Below, piece by piece: positions 10,064-19,145 of a stretch of 64,000 nt of DNA (the first letter of the stretch is position 1; every line of letters starts with the position of its first letter). The notes under the pieces are model-generated. The model was not told the DNA's origin and searched no databases. It saw only the letters and a list, made by a program, of their open reading frames with translations. A program made the position numbers and the translations under genes. This DNA is from Bdellovibrionales bacterium (GTDB taxonomy: Bacteria > Bdellovibrionota > Bdellovibrionia > Bdellovibrionales > JAGQZY01), in the NCBI GenBank assembly GCA_964230645.1, contig CAXRHT010000001.1, positions 736,001 to 800,000 of the forward strand. Reading direction: 5' to 3'.

Positions 10064-11261
10064 GTTTTGCTCTCCTTAGGATAAATGGGTAAGAAACGTT
10101 AACATCGACGTTTCCATGAGGTTTAGGGAACCTCCATTGTTTAATTTTTCCAATCATACATCTTTCAACTGTGGAGGAACCTAAGCTGCTTTGACCAATT
10201 TGAGCCAAACGCACTCGCCCACCACCATTAATAATAAAGTTAACAGCCACTCTTCCCGACAAACCGGAATTGGCCTGTAGGCCTTTTTCGTAGCAGTAAT
10301 AAATTTGTCCAATATTTTTACGAATAACAGCTTCGATCTGACTCATCTCAAGTCCACCTTCCACTGTTCCGTCTTCTTGAAGGGGGTGCACATAACCACC
10401 ACCAGCGGAACCACCGATATTCAGTTTTCCGTATCCGGCTTGCCCACCAGAACGACCTTTGGTTCCGTAACCAACTCCACCGAGGCGAGTTTTTCCGTTA
10501 CCACCACTGGGAGCGGATAAAGCTTTTCCAGCAAAAGAGTTGTTGGCTTGCCCGAGGGACTTTCTTCCAAGAGAGTCACCAGAACCTGAGTTTCTTGAGG
10601 CCGATTTAAGCTTTAGCCCCTTTCCTGATTTTGAACCTTTACTGGTTCCACCAAGAGCGGCCAAAGCTCCCATTTGATTGACACTCTTTTTACGAGCCTG
10701 ACGGACTTTTTTAGGAGGTGCTTTACGTACTCTCTTTTTAACCACTTTCTTTTTACGATTGATTTTCTTGTTACTAGCCTTAACAACTTCACGAGGTTGC
10801 GGCTTAACCCTTTTTATCACTTTCTGAGGTTTAGTGAGTTTAACAACCGGTGCCTCAGGCTCAATAAAAAGAGAGTGAGTCCAGTAAGTAAGAAAGGCCA
10901 GTAATAAAATGGCTGCATGAATTATTGAAGACCATTTGAGACTCTTTTCAAATTCTTCATTACTTTCTTGCTCGATAGGAGAAGAATCGTATTCTATCTC
11001 CTCTCCGGCCGTTAGTTTTTTAATATATCCAATTTTAGGAACGGAGACTTTTTTCTGTCCCATTTCGGCGATATTAATTCGTGCTAGAACTTGGAAATCT
11101 GATTTTTTATAGCGTTCTCCACTGGCTTTGGAAAGGGCTTCAAGTCGGCCCGTTTTTACACGAACGGCCAAGACCATACTGCTTTCTTCCCAGCTAAAAG
11201 ACCGGATGACCTTTCCACTGGAATTAACCAGAACGAGTGGAATGGGTTTGATCTTTCTCAT
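10056..11261 (-). CDS. GltG/AgmX/PglI-like TonB-C-terminal-domain protein
   Basis: Single TM helix with SSIIH, K/G-rich linker, and C-terminal IYYCYEKGL...LSGRVAVNFII...VERC...WRFPKP...VSYPF. Confidence 0.85.
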   Translation of the reverse strand: MRKIKPIPLVLVNSSGKVIRSFSWEESSMVLAVRVKTGRLEALSKASGERYKKSDFQVLARINIAEMGQKKVSVPKIGYIKKLTAGEEIEYDSSPIEQESNEEFEKSLKWSSIIHAAILLLAFLTYWTHSLFIEPEAPVVKLTKPQKVIKRVKPQPREVVKASNKKINRKKKVVKKRVRKAPPKKVRQARKKSVNQMGALAALGGTSKGSKSGKGLKLKSASRNSGSGDSLGRKSLGQANNSFAGKALSAPSGGNGKTRLGGVGYGTKGRSGGQAGYGKLNIGGSAGGGYVHPLQEDGTVEGGLEMSQIEAVIRKNIGQIYYCYEKGLQANSGLSGRVAVNFIINGGGRVRLAQIGQSSLGSSTVERCMIGKIKQWRFPKPHGNVDVNVSYPFILRRAKHG

Positions 11262-11524
11262 TTGTAGTCCTCCAGACTTTTCTTAATTTGAAATTTGAAC
11301 TTCTCTCTTGGTTTCACTATTCGAATAAGCTTCTTTTCGCTCTCAACAGAGACGACAGTCTCCGGAGAATGGGCGTACTTTCCATGAACCGTTGCTCCAC
11401 TAAAACGAGCATCGGTTGTTCGCTCGGAATTACCTTTTGCTTTCTTACTACTTTTCTTGCCAGCTTGGGCAAAACCTGGAAGTAAACCTAAAACTAAAAT
11501 GGATAAAAGGATACGGCTTCTCAT
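11258..11524 (-). CDS. small secreted GltF/CglF-like protein
   Basis: Signal peptide, FSGATVHG...P...LIRIVKPREKF pattern, position between the TPR and GltG-like genes, and ATGA overlaps. Confidence 0.65.
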   Translation of the reverse strand: MRSRILLSILVLGLLPGFAQAGKKSSKKAKGNSERTTDARFSGATVHGKYAHSPETVVSVESEKKLIRIVKPREKFKFQIKKSLEDYK

Positions 11525-14451
11525 GGTACCACCTTTTTGTTGAGTTCACTGAGACGCTGATCGAGGAATGCCACATGACTTTGATTGTTGTTCATGAACT
11601 CTAACTCTCTCAGCTTAGCAACGGCCTCTTCTGAAAAAGGGTTTTGTCGCACTTGTCTGCGTGCCTGACCAAGACCCTTAATGGCTTCATTAGAGACTTG
11701 CGATAATTTGATCAAAGCCTTCTTTTTAGAATTGGGAGCAAAGGGAAGAAGCATTTTGGCCTCTTTCGCGTAAAGCTCTTGCATCACAAGTGGCGTTTGC
11801 TGACGAGAGGACATTTTCTCTGCAACGTATTTCTCATTCTTCCAGCTTTGATCAACCGTTCTTGCGATTTCAATGGCTTCTGCTGTCATTGCATCGATCT
11901 TTTGCTTCAGAATATTTTGATACTGTTTTAATTGGTCTCCTGATAAGCCTCTAGGGGAAGGAGTCGTTTTCAACTCTTTAGCCAATCGGTTTTTCTCTTT
12001 GGCTAAAACAGTCAATGAAGCCACTTGTAGGGGGAAATCTTTACGATCAATAGCGGCATTGGCTATAGCTTCCATTTCACCAAGAAGCTCCACCCGTTTA
12101 GCAATCGCTCTTTGAACGGCCGCGTCGCCTCGCGTGGCCATTTTATGACCCACTAGGCGGTTTTTCGCTCTTTTAAATTTTGGAATCTCCAGATGTCTTC
12201 TTAATATTTTTCCAGCGGGCTTAGCGGCCACATTGGCGTGAGAGAGAACCATCTCCGCTGCTTTTGTATTTTTAAAACGGGCGTAGGTTTCAAGAGTGAG
12301 TTCTGACAAGAGAAGTGGTGATCTCTTCATTCGATGGATGCGATCTTTTATTTCACCCCATGGAATGTGGCTTGATTGAACAATCTTTGCTCGAATTCGG
12401 TTTCCTTCCAGAACACCGTGACTACGGTTCAAGTACTCCTCGTAATGAGCATGGGAGTTTTTTCCCGCTAACTCCGCAAGTAGGGCCAATTGGGCAATTT
12501 CAGTTTTATTTCTTTTACTGCGGTTGAGCTGTCTTTTCTTATAAAGGTAAGCTTGTGAGAAAGACAAGGTTACCTTAGAAGCCCAGATCAGATTATTATA
12601 AGCAAAGTGACTCTTTTTAAGATCAAGCTTTTTGTACGTGAGCATTTTTTTGGAGCTTCTCATCATTTCATCAAGATCTCGAACTATTTTTGCTAGTCTC
12701 ACCTGAGTCTCAAGAAGGAGAATTTGTTCCTTCTCAGGCACATTCTTAAATGGGATTTTTACCATTTTCGCTAAAATTTCTTTTTTGTATTTGGTTTCCC
12801 CTTTGACATCAAGGAGTGCTACAGCCTCATGGAGAAGGGCTTTGCGGTATATCCCGCGGTACTCCTCGCGATGAGCCGAGAACGCCACAGCGTAGGCTTG
12901 CGAGTGAGACATGATATTTTTGTTATCTTTTTTGAGGGCATAAATATCAAGAACGAGATCAGCGGATTTCTTAGCAACCGCTTTGTTAGATTTCGTTTTT
13001 TTAATGACTGTACCGATTTTGATAACATTCTTAAACTCTTTAACAGCCGTCTCATATTTCTTTTCCTCATAATTGAGGTAAGCCAATTGATATTTTGCTT
13101 GTAAGGACTTAGGCCCTTCGGGGTAGACTTCAAGATAACTCTGGTAAGCCACTCTTCTAAGACCAATAGACTTACTCTCTTCAGCCACACCCATAGCGGC
13201 ATCAAGGGCTTCTGTGAAAACTTTTTTATTTTTTGCGACCGCCTTCTGTGCTTTTATCGTTTTAGCGGAATGAACAAAATAGTTCACAGACGTTGAGTAC
13301 TGCTTTTTCTTGTGAAAGGTCTGTGCGGCAATATAGTGCATATCAAAATCTTGGGGGAATACTTTTAGATATTCTTTCCATACATTAAGGAGACTTTGGC
13401 TAGGATCGTCTTTTTCGACCCGGTTCCAGTAAACTAGGAATTTTCTTGCTTTTTTCTCGTACTCACCACAGCGCTTTTTGTTTTCATCTTCCTCACAATC
13501 AACCTTTTTAAAGAACTGTCCTGATAGGGCAAAAGTTGTGTGAGTTTTAGAGGTTCTCTTGAGAGTTTGTTCGGCCTGAGACATTCTTAAGTAAGCAAAA
13601 GCAGAATCAATGTCCTCAATTTTGAAATTTTCTAATATGTAACGATTGGCTCGCAGATTCTCGTAGGGTCTACCCAAACGATCCAGCTCACTTGCCAAAA
13701 GCTCAACATTCGTTTTCGCTTCTTTTTCAGGGCTCAGTGCGTGGACTTTTCTTAAAGACTGATCATTAATCGAACCTTTGGCCGTAAATTTAGCAAAGTC
13801 TCGTGCGATATCGCTCTTAAGCTGAGAGTCCATCTCTTTTCCAGACTGTAAAATACGAGCGAGGTGGTTCTTAGCCTTCCCGTATTTTCCGGTATTAAAT
13901 TCACACCAAGCCTTTCTGTACTCTGTTAAAGGGGTGGCTAAAGCACCATTTCTGTTGGTGGCTCTTTGAAATTGTGTGAGCGAGTGCTTGTATTGACCCG
14001 CAAAGAACAAGCGCTCGCCCTCGGCATGGTATGCCAAGGCTTTTAAAGTTTTATGATATTTTCCCGAGATAATCTTTTTGTGAAAAGAGATCGCTTTACT
14101 ATTTTGACCCAGTAACGAATAAGTTTGAGAAATCTGCACAAAGGCGCGCTCTTTCTCATCGGGATCAAGTTGGCTGAATATTTTCTTATAAAGAACAAGG
14201 GCGTTCTTTCTATCATCTTTAGAACCAAGGCAGGACTTACAATTCTTCTCCTGCTCTTTCATATAACGCAAACGGGCTCGATCCGAATAAAGATCGGCCA
14301 AACGTAAATCCAGGGCCTTGCCTGGACTCTGGTTTTTTCCTGCTTCCAATTTCTCAATAAGAAGATTATGGGTTTTTAAGTCCATGGATTCTGCATTTGC
14401 AAACAGAGGCAGAGTTAAAAATGTAAATATCAAGAATCCTTTAACGTTCAA
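11521..14451 (-). CDS. large periplasmic TPR protein (GltD/AgmU-like)
   Basis: 976 aa with signal peptide, LRLADLYSDRAR, many TPR repeats and C-terminal PRGLSGDQLKQY. TTG start. Confidence 0.78.
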   Translation of the reverse strand: MNVKGFLIFTFLTLPLFANAESMDLKTHNLLIEKLEAGKNQSPGKALDLRLADLYSDRARLRYMKEQEKNCKSCLGSKDDRKNALVLYKKIFSQLDPDEKERAFVQISQTYSLLGQNSKAISFHKKIISGKYHKTLKALAYHAEGERLFFAGQYKHSLTQFQRATNRNGALATPLTEYRKAWCEFNTGKYGKAKNHLARILQSGKEMDSQLKSDIARDFAKFTAKGSINDQSLRKVHALSPEKEAKTNVELLASELDRLGRPYENLRANRYILENFKIEDIDSAFAYLRMSQAEQTLKRTSKTHTTFALSGQFFKKVDCEEDENKKRCGEYEKKARKFLVYWNRVEKDDPSQSLLNVWKEYLKVFPQDFDMHYIAAQTFHKKKQYSTSVNYFVHSAKTIKAQKAVAKNKKVFTEALDAAMGVAEESKSIGLRRVAYQSYLEVYPEGPKSLQAKYQLAYLNYEEKKYETAVKEFKNVIKIGTVIKKTKSNKAVAKKSADLVLDIYALKKDNKNIMSHSQAYAVAFSAHREEYRGIYRKALLHEAVALLDVKGETKYKKEILAKMVKIPFKNVPEKEQILLLETQVRLAKIVRDLDEMMRSSKKMLTYKKLDLKKSHFAYNNLIWASKVTLSFSQAYLYKKRQLNRSKRNKTEIAQLALLAELAGKNSHAHYEEYLNRSHGVLEGNRIRAKIVQSSHIPWGEIKDRIHRMKRSPLLLSELTLETYARFKNTKAAEMVLSHANVAAKPAGKILRRHLEIPKFKRAKNRLVGHKMATRGDAAVQRAIAKRVELLGEMEAIANAAIDRKDFPLQVASLTVLAKEKNRLAKELKTTPSPRGLSGDQLKQYQNILKQKIDAMTAEAIEIARTVDQSWKNEKYVAEKMSSRQQTPLVMQELYAKEAKMLLPFAPNSKKKALIKLSQVSNEAIKGLGQARRQVRQNPFSEEAVAKLRELEFMNNNQSHVAFLDQRLSELNKKVVP

Positions 14452-14452
14452 T

Positions 14453-14944
14453 TTATTCTCCTAAAACTGCAAATTTAATATTTTCAAATCCGCTCTGAGC
14501 GGCAATAGACAACAAGGGACTGATACTTGAGTAGTCCGATTGTTTGTCCGCTTGGATCAGAATTTTTCCTTTTCTCTCGTCACCGCTGTCATCGAGATTT
14601 TTGTTGAGATCCGTTAGGTAGCCGAGCAACTCACCGGCCTTCATTTCTTGTTCGTTAACAAGATATTTTCCAGCCACTACACGCACATTCACACCTGGTT
14701 GTAGAGCTTGGGAATGCTGGGCTTGAGGAAGTTTAATCTCTTTATCGATTTTTAATTCTTTACCGTTTTGATGGGTACTCACAAGGAGGTAGATAACTAT
14801 GACGGCAAAGGCATCAACAAGCGAGGTCAACATCAATGGGGCTGCCAGACTCATGATATTTCTCATCTGAGACTTTGGACGAACTTTAGCTAACCCCTCT
14901 AAAGGTGATTGAATTTTCTGTCTTTTAATAGCTCCAAAAATCAT
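14453..14944 (-). CDS. ExbD/TolR-family stator subunit (AglS-like)
   Basis: TM LTSLVDAFAVIVIYLL keeps the Asp. IKLPQA, IQADK and GFENIKFAV also present. Confidence 0.88.
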   Translation of the reverse strand: MIFGAIKRQKIQSPLEGLAKVRPKSQMRNIMSLAAPLMLTSLVDAFAVIVIYLLVSTHQNGKELKIDKEIKLPQAQHSQALQPGVNVRVVAGKYLVNEQEMKAGELLGYLTDLNKNLDDSGDERKGKILIQADKQSDYSSISPLLSIAAQSGFENIKFAVLGE

Positions 14945-14950
14945 TTTTCC

Positions 14951-15385
14951 TCACAGACTTGGCTCAATTCCAATTTCTTTTAGCTCGAGTTTTTTCAAAT
15001 TCTCTAAAAGTTTCACGACTTTCTGGTATTTTGCTTTTCCACTGGGCGCTATAAAGGCCATACTTATTTCAGGATACTTTTCAATGAGTGCGCTCATGTA
15101 TTCTGAAACTTGCTCTTGATTATCAGATTGGTCAGTGATCTTTTTCTTAGCGACACTCTGACCTTTTTCTTCCACAGTGATATAAAACTGATTGTTTGGG
15201 GAAACTTGGATCGCAAAACGACTGGGCTGTTCCTTGTTCTCGGAGGTTTCTCCTTTGGCCTGCTTTACATCGAGTGTTCCGATGGGCAGCCAAACGGCCG
15301 TAAGGAGAAGGAAACTGATACAAACAGCCAAGAGTGAAATGACTGGTAAAAGGTTCACTTCAAAATTTGTTTCGTTCTGTTCCAT
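14951..15385 (-). CDS. ExbD/TolR-family stator subunit (AglQ-like; TM Asp replaced by Ser)
   Basis: EVNLLPVISLLAVCISFLLLTAVW TM segment and IAP...KYQKVVKLLE periplasmic fold. Confidence 0.85.
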   Translation of the reverse strand: MEQNETNFEVNLLPVISLLAVCISFLLLTAVWLPIGTLDVKQAKGETSENKEQPSRFAIQVSPNNQFYITVEEKGQSVAKKKITDQSDNQEQVSEYMSALIEKYPEISMAFIAPSGKAKYQKVVKLLENLKKLELKEIGIEPSL

Positions 15386-15414
15386 GATACTTCCCTTCCT
15401 ATTTAAAACCTAAA

Positions 15415-16113
15415 TTACGATTCACTACTGCGACGACGACGTGGTTTTCTTTTAGGAACACTTTCGTATTTAAAACTTAACCAGTTAAAGGCCTTAAGAG
15501 AGGCTTGATTTAAGTCCTCAGAAATTGTATTCGCTCGGCTTTGTAAAATTCCAAAAGCAACAAGTGCAGGAATAGCCATAATAAGACCGTAAGCTGTGGT
15601 ATTCATCGCCATGGCAATACCTTGAGTTAACATGGCCGCTTTTTCGACAGGATCCACATCGGAAACCGCTGAGAAAGCGTGAATAAGTCCTATAATTGTT
15701 CCAAGTAGTCCAAGTAGAGTTCCCGTGTTACCAAGCATGGCAAGTAGACCCGTGCGCTTATTAAGACGTGAAGACTCATTAAGAAGGACTTCATCCATTT
15801 TGGCTTGAATTTCCTCTCGACCACCCATCTCTAAGGCTGCATTAGCTCCTGCGCGAACCACACGAGCAATGGGGCTGTCTTTTGGTAATGATTTTGAACG
15901 ATCAATGGCTGCGTCTAATCGACCGGCCTTAATATCAGACTCAAAAAAGTTAACGATTTTAGAATTGTCCGTACCTCGGGACATATAGAGCTTCCACACG
16001 CGCTCAAAAATAATGGCGAATGAAAAGGTTTGTGCAACAAAAATAGCCCACATCCAAATTCCACCTTGCGAGAAGGCTTGTACGATTGATTCTACGATTC
16101 CTATATTTTCCAT
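15415..16113 (-). CDS. MotA/TolQ/ExbB proton-channel protein (AglR-like)
   Basis: GGIWMW, IIFER, TLLGLLGTIIGLI and AMNTTAYGL motifs. ATG 16113 has SD GAGGTG. Confidence 0.92.
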   Translation of the reverse strand: MENIGIVESIVQAFSQGGIWMWAIFVAQTFSFAIIFERVWKLYMSRGTDNSKIVNFFESDIKAGRLDAAIDRSKSLPKDSPIARVVRAGANAALEMGGREEIQAKMDEVLLNESSRLNKRTGLLAMLGNTGTLLGLLGTIIGLIHAFSAVSDVDPVEKAAMLTQGIAMAMNTTAYGLIMAIPALVAFGILQSRANTISEDLNQASLKAFNWLSFKYESVPKRKPRRRRSSES

Positions 16114-16279
16114 AATTTTCACCTCAATATTGTTTCCACCCCTTCTGATATTCAAAGCTTGTACCGGATCTCAGATCGAAACAGTTGGCACTGCAATGCT
16201 TTGGGCGGGGAAAATGGGGGTAAAAGGTGACGATAAATGTCACGTGTCAGCGTTATTCGTCCCTTTTGGGGCTTGGGGC

Positions 16280-16457
16280 GCAAATATCGCGCTTATCTAT
16301 TTAAAAGTGGCGAGCAATTTGTGATGAGCACGCACCCGGGTGCACTTCGTCTCTCGGACTGCACTATTTCATAGCGCAGACCGAGATACGCAGCGCTCGT
16401 TGCTCGAGCCCATCACAAATTGCTCGCCACTTTTAAATAGATAAGCGCGATATTTGC
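16280..16457. repeat. 178-bp palindromic element with 47-bp perfect terminal inverted repeats (MITE/REPIN-like)
   Basis: 16280-16326 gcaaatatcgcgcttatctatttaaaagtggcgagcaatttgtgatg is the exact reverse complement of 16411-16457. There is an inner imperfect hairpin tctcgg-ctgc-ctat-ttc-atag-gcag-ccgaga. Confidence 0.9.
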
Positions 16458-16470
16458 TTAACTTTACAAA

Positions 16471-17289
16471 TTATACTTCAAACAAATCTAGATTTAGGCA
16501 GGCTATTGTGGTTTCGGGGGCTTTTGTTATTTCTTTGTCGCATTCGGAGAGGAATTCTCGGATGTTTTCTATTAGCTTTTTTAAGGTTTTTTCATCGAGA
16601 GAGTAAATAGATGTGAAGTGGAGGCGGTTGGGTTTGTTTTTTGTTGGATTTTGTAGGGCTTGCGTGCGCCAGTTTCTGTGGTGAAGAGAGGAGTAAATAC
16701 TTTCGCTGGTTATATGGAGATGGTTTGAGGTGACGCTGTATTTTTGGTTTTTTACTTCGAAAAGCCCTAGTTTCACCAGCAGGTTCAAGGCTCCTGTTAC
16801 TTCGGTTTGACTAACATTCAATCTTTGAGCTGTGGCTTTGATATTATTATTATATTCAGGGATCATCCAGAGCATATGAAGAGCGGTTGGGATCCAGTGG
16901 GAGTAGTACTTTAAGGTGTTTTCTTTAAAGATTCTTTTATTATCAATGAGCATTTCGGACTCGCTTCGACTGAAAAACTGATCTCTTATTGATTGTAGTC
17001 GTTTTTGAATACGAGCTTTCAATTGCGGAGTGCCGGCTCTTGAGAATTGGACCAAATTCATCCAATACTCTCCCTGGAGGTCATCAAGGCCCCAGAATTC
17101 ACAAAGGCCCTCAGCCTGTTCCATTGTGAAAAGCACTTTACCACCGAGTACTTGCGATAAATAAGCGGGCTGGCACCCGGCCGCTTGGGCCATCTGACTG
17201 CGGTAGCCTCGAATTTTCTTTACCGATTTTAATTTTTTTTCAACCCAGGAGGATTCTGATTTGCAGTTAAATATATCGTTATTCTGCAT
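16471..17289 (-). CDS. TIGR02147/DUF4423-like HTH regulator
   Basis: N-terminal HTH (MAQAAGCQPAYLSQVLGGK), YYSHW, a second wHTH (AQRLNVSQTEVTGALNLLVKLGL), HHRNWR and C-terminal LNLDLFEV. Confidence 0.82.
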   Translation of the reverse strand: MQNNDIFNCKSESSWVEKKLKSVKKIRGYRSQMAQAAGCQPAYLSQVLGGKVLFTMEQAEGLCEFWGLDDLQGEYWMNLVQFSRAGTPQLKARIQKRLQSIRDQFFSRSESEMLIDNKRIFKENTLKYYSHWIPTALHMLWMIPEYNNNIKATAQRLNVSQTEVTGALNLLVKLGLFEVKNQKYSVTSNHLHITSESIYSSLHHRNWRTQALQNPTKNKPNRLHFTSIYSLDEKTLKKLIENIREFLSECDKEITKAPETTIACLNLDLFEV

Positions 17290-17420
17290 ACTTAGAGCCT
17301 TTATTTAATAATTTATTAATTAAACCATTAATAATAAATAAAGAATATGATGCACCCAACCTCTTTGTCCACTACAAATCCGAATCAAGAAATAACAACA
17401 ACTTTTTAAAGGAGAACAAA

Positions 17421-17729
17421 ATGAAAAAATTAATTCTTTGCCTCGGCCTTATTTTACTCGCCCCTCTTTCTCAAGCGGAGCCCAACAACTACGATAACAG
17501 TCTGACGCCTTGTCTTGCCATCTACGCCAGTGACCAAGCTTATTACAGCACAGCTCTTAAGTCTGAAAAATTGGATTTCGTTTTTAGCATTCACTCTATG
17601 CACTTTGAGCGCAAAGGCTCAGCGGCTGGTACTATGTTCATTGAAGCTTCTAGTGGTCAAACCGACGTAATGATTATTCAAATTGAACTGGAACAAGTCT
17701 GTGAGACTGGAAAAGTTGTCGAAGTCTAA
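17421..17729 (+). CDS. small secreted hypothetical protein
   Basis: SD AAGGAG and signal peptide MKKLILCLGLILLAPLSQA. Confidence 0.8.
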   Translation: MKKLILCLGLILLAPLSQAEPNNYDNSLTPCLAIYASDQAYYSTALKSEKLDFVFSIHSMHFERKGSAAGTMFIEASSGQTDVMIIQIELEQVCETGKVVEV

Positions 17730-17818
17730 GACAATTCCAGTTAATTTTTCAACATTGTAATTAATCGATGGCATAGGGGAAAATATCCTCTATGCTTTTT
17801 TTCATCAGGAGAAGAGCT

Positions 17819-18415
17819 ATGAGGACAGTTTCTTGTTTTTTAATCGTTGTATTTTTCAACATCAACTCGGCGTGGGCCTCCCCTAGCCGATGTGAGTTCG
17901 AGACTTCGAAAGCTGACTATCTTGATTTGTCAGAAACCGACACTCAAAAGCTTTTGGATAAGCTAAAAGTCGTTGGTGACGAGAATCCCCTTAACGCAGG
18001 CCTTTGGCAGGACTTTGAAAACCTCATTCAGAATAACCCTTCTCAAGAGCCTAGAATACAACCTGAAAGCTCTTTAGCTATTCAACATTTACCAGGCTGT
18101 CCTGAACTTTTAGTTTCATCCGACCCCCAGGTCAAAGCGGAGCCTGGAACAACATTAACCTTAAAAAACTTTGCTTTTGAGTGGACTTACAGCTCTCCCG
18201 CGGGAGTCATTCAAGAGGAAAATACTCTTGGCTCTATTTCTTTAAATAAATATATGGTTCTCTCGGGCAATATTCTCATCGAATCCAGTTGTGAGTCTCC
18301 TCTTGGCTGTGATCAAATTGTTCAAGTTTATACGAAGAAGCTTGATATAGAGATTTACCGCATGGGCACTGTTGGAGGCTCTACTTCAGCTGGTGGGATC
18401 ATTCAATTTCAATAA
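17819..18415 (+). CDS. secreted hypothetical protein
   Basis: SD AGGAG before ATG 17819, signal peptide ending AWA, and four mature-region Cys. Confidence 0.75.
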   Translation: MRTVSCFLIVVFFNINSAWASPSRCEFETSKADYLDLSETDTQKLLDKLKVVGDENPLNAGLWQDFENLIQNNPSQEPRIQPESSLAIQHLPGCPELLVSSDPQVKAEPGTTLTLKNFAFEWTYSSPAGVIQEENTLGSISLNKYMVLSGNILIESSCESPLGCDQIVQVYTKKLDIEIYRMGTVGGSTSAGGIIQFQ

Positions 18416-18610
18416 CCAAAGAAGGCTCCAATCTCGTTCGAGATATAAACTACCTGTTATCTGAATGAGAGTTTCTCACCCCATCTCCATATGTCTAATT
18501 CCTTAACAGTGCCATTCTTTCTTTTTTTCATGTGAGAGCGATTTTGCCCTTATTTTTTGTGACTTCTGTTAAAAATGAATTCCAATCACTCATTTAAAGG
18601 AATTGCGATT

Positions 18611-19132
18611 ATGAGAAGGCCACTGCATTTTTTTCTATTTTTTATTGGTTTTTTATCTTCAAACTTGGTTCTCGCTCAAAATATCAAAGAGGCTCCTATG
18701 GGAAAAGTTCTTCCGGCGATCAGTGCTGAACTTGGGCGGAGTCCAATTCTAATGGATGGACAATATATTCTCGATCACGGGCGAGGAAACAAAACAGTGA
18801 GAAACTGTTATTTTAGAGCCTTTTCAAATTGGGACACGCATATTTTAGCAGACCTAGTTATTCACGACGGTTTTAAAAAATCTGAAGTTAATGGGTTTCA
18901 TTATCCTGTCAATCGAAATTACCATAGCTTTCTGGCCACCGACGGAGAGCAGGGGAAACCAGGCTATGAAGTGAGTTTTTCGCGCAACATGATCACAATA
19001 AAGGATCTTGAGGGACTAAGAGACGGCGAAATTCGCATTCGGTTTTCTTCAGAAGTCTTCGTGGCTGAAAACGTCGAGTCTATCACTTTTGACAAAGGAC
19101 TACTAAGCCCTGGCTTCACTTGTGTCTTTTAA
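18611..19132 (+). CDS. secreted hypothetical protein
   Basis: SD AAGGA before ATG 18611, signal peptide ending VLA, and C-terminal FTCVF. Confidence 0.72.
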   Translation: MRRPLHFFLFFIGFLSSNLVLAQNIKEAPMGKVLPAISAELGRSPILMDGQYILDHGRGNKTVRNCYFRAFSNWDTHILADLVIHDGFKKSEVNGFHYPVNRNYHSFLATDGEQGKPGYEVSFSRNMITIKDLEGLRDGEIRIRFSSEVFVAENVESITFDKGLLSPGFTCVF

Positions 19133-19145
19133 GTTAGGCGTACCA

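Noticed and set aside
16013..16324. 103-aa + strand ORF running into the palindrome
   Set aside because: It is antisense to the aglR-like start, and has no SD and no transposase-like motif.
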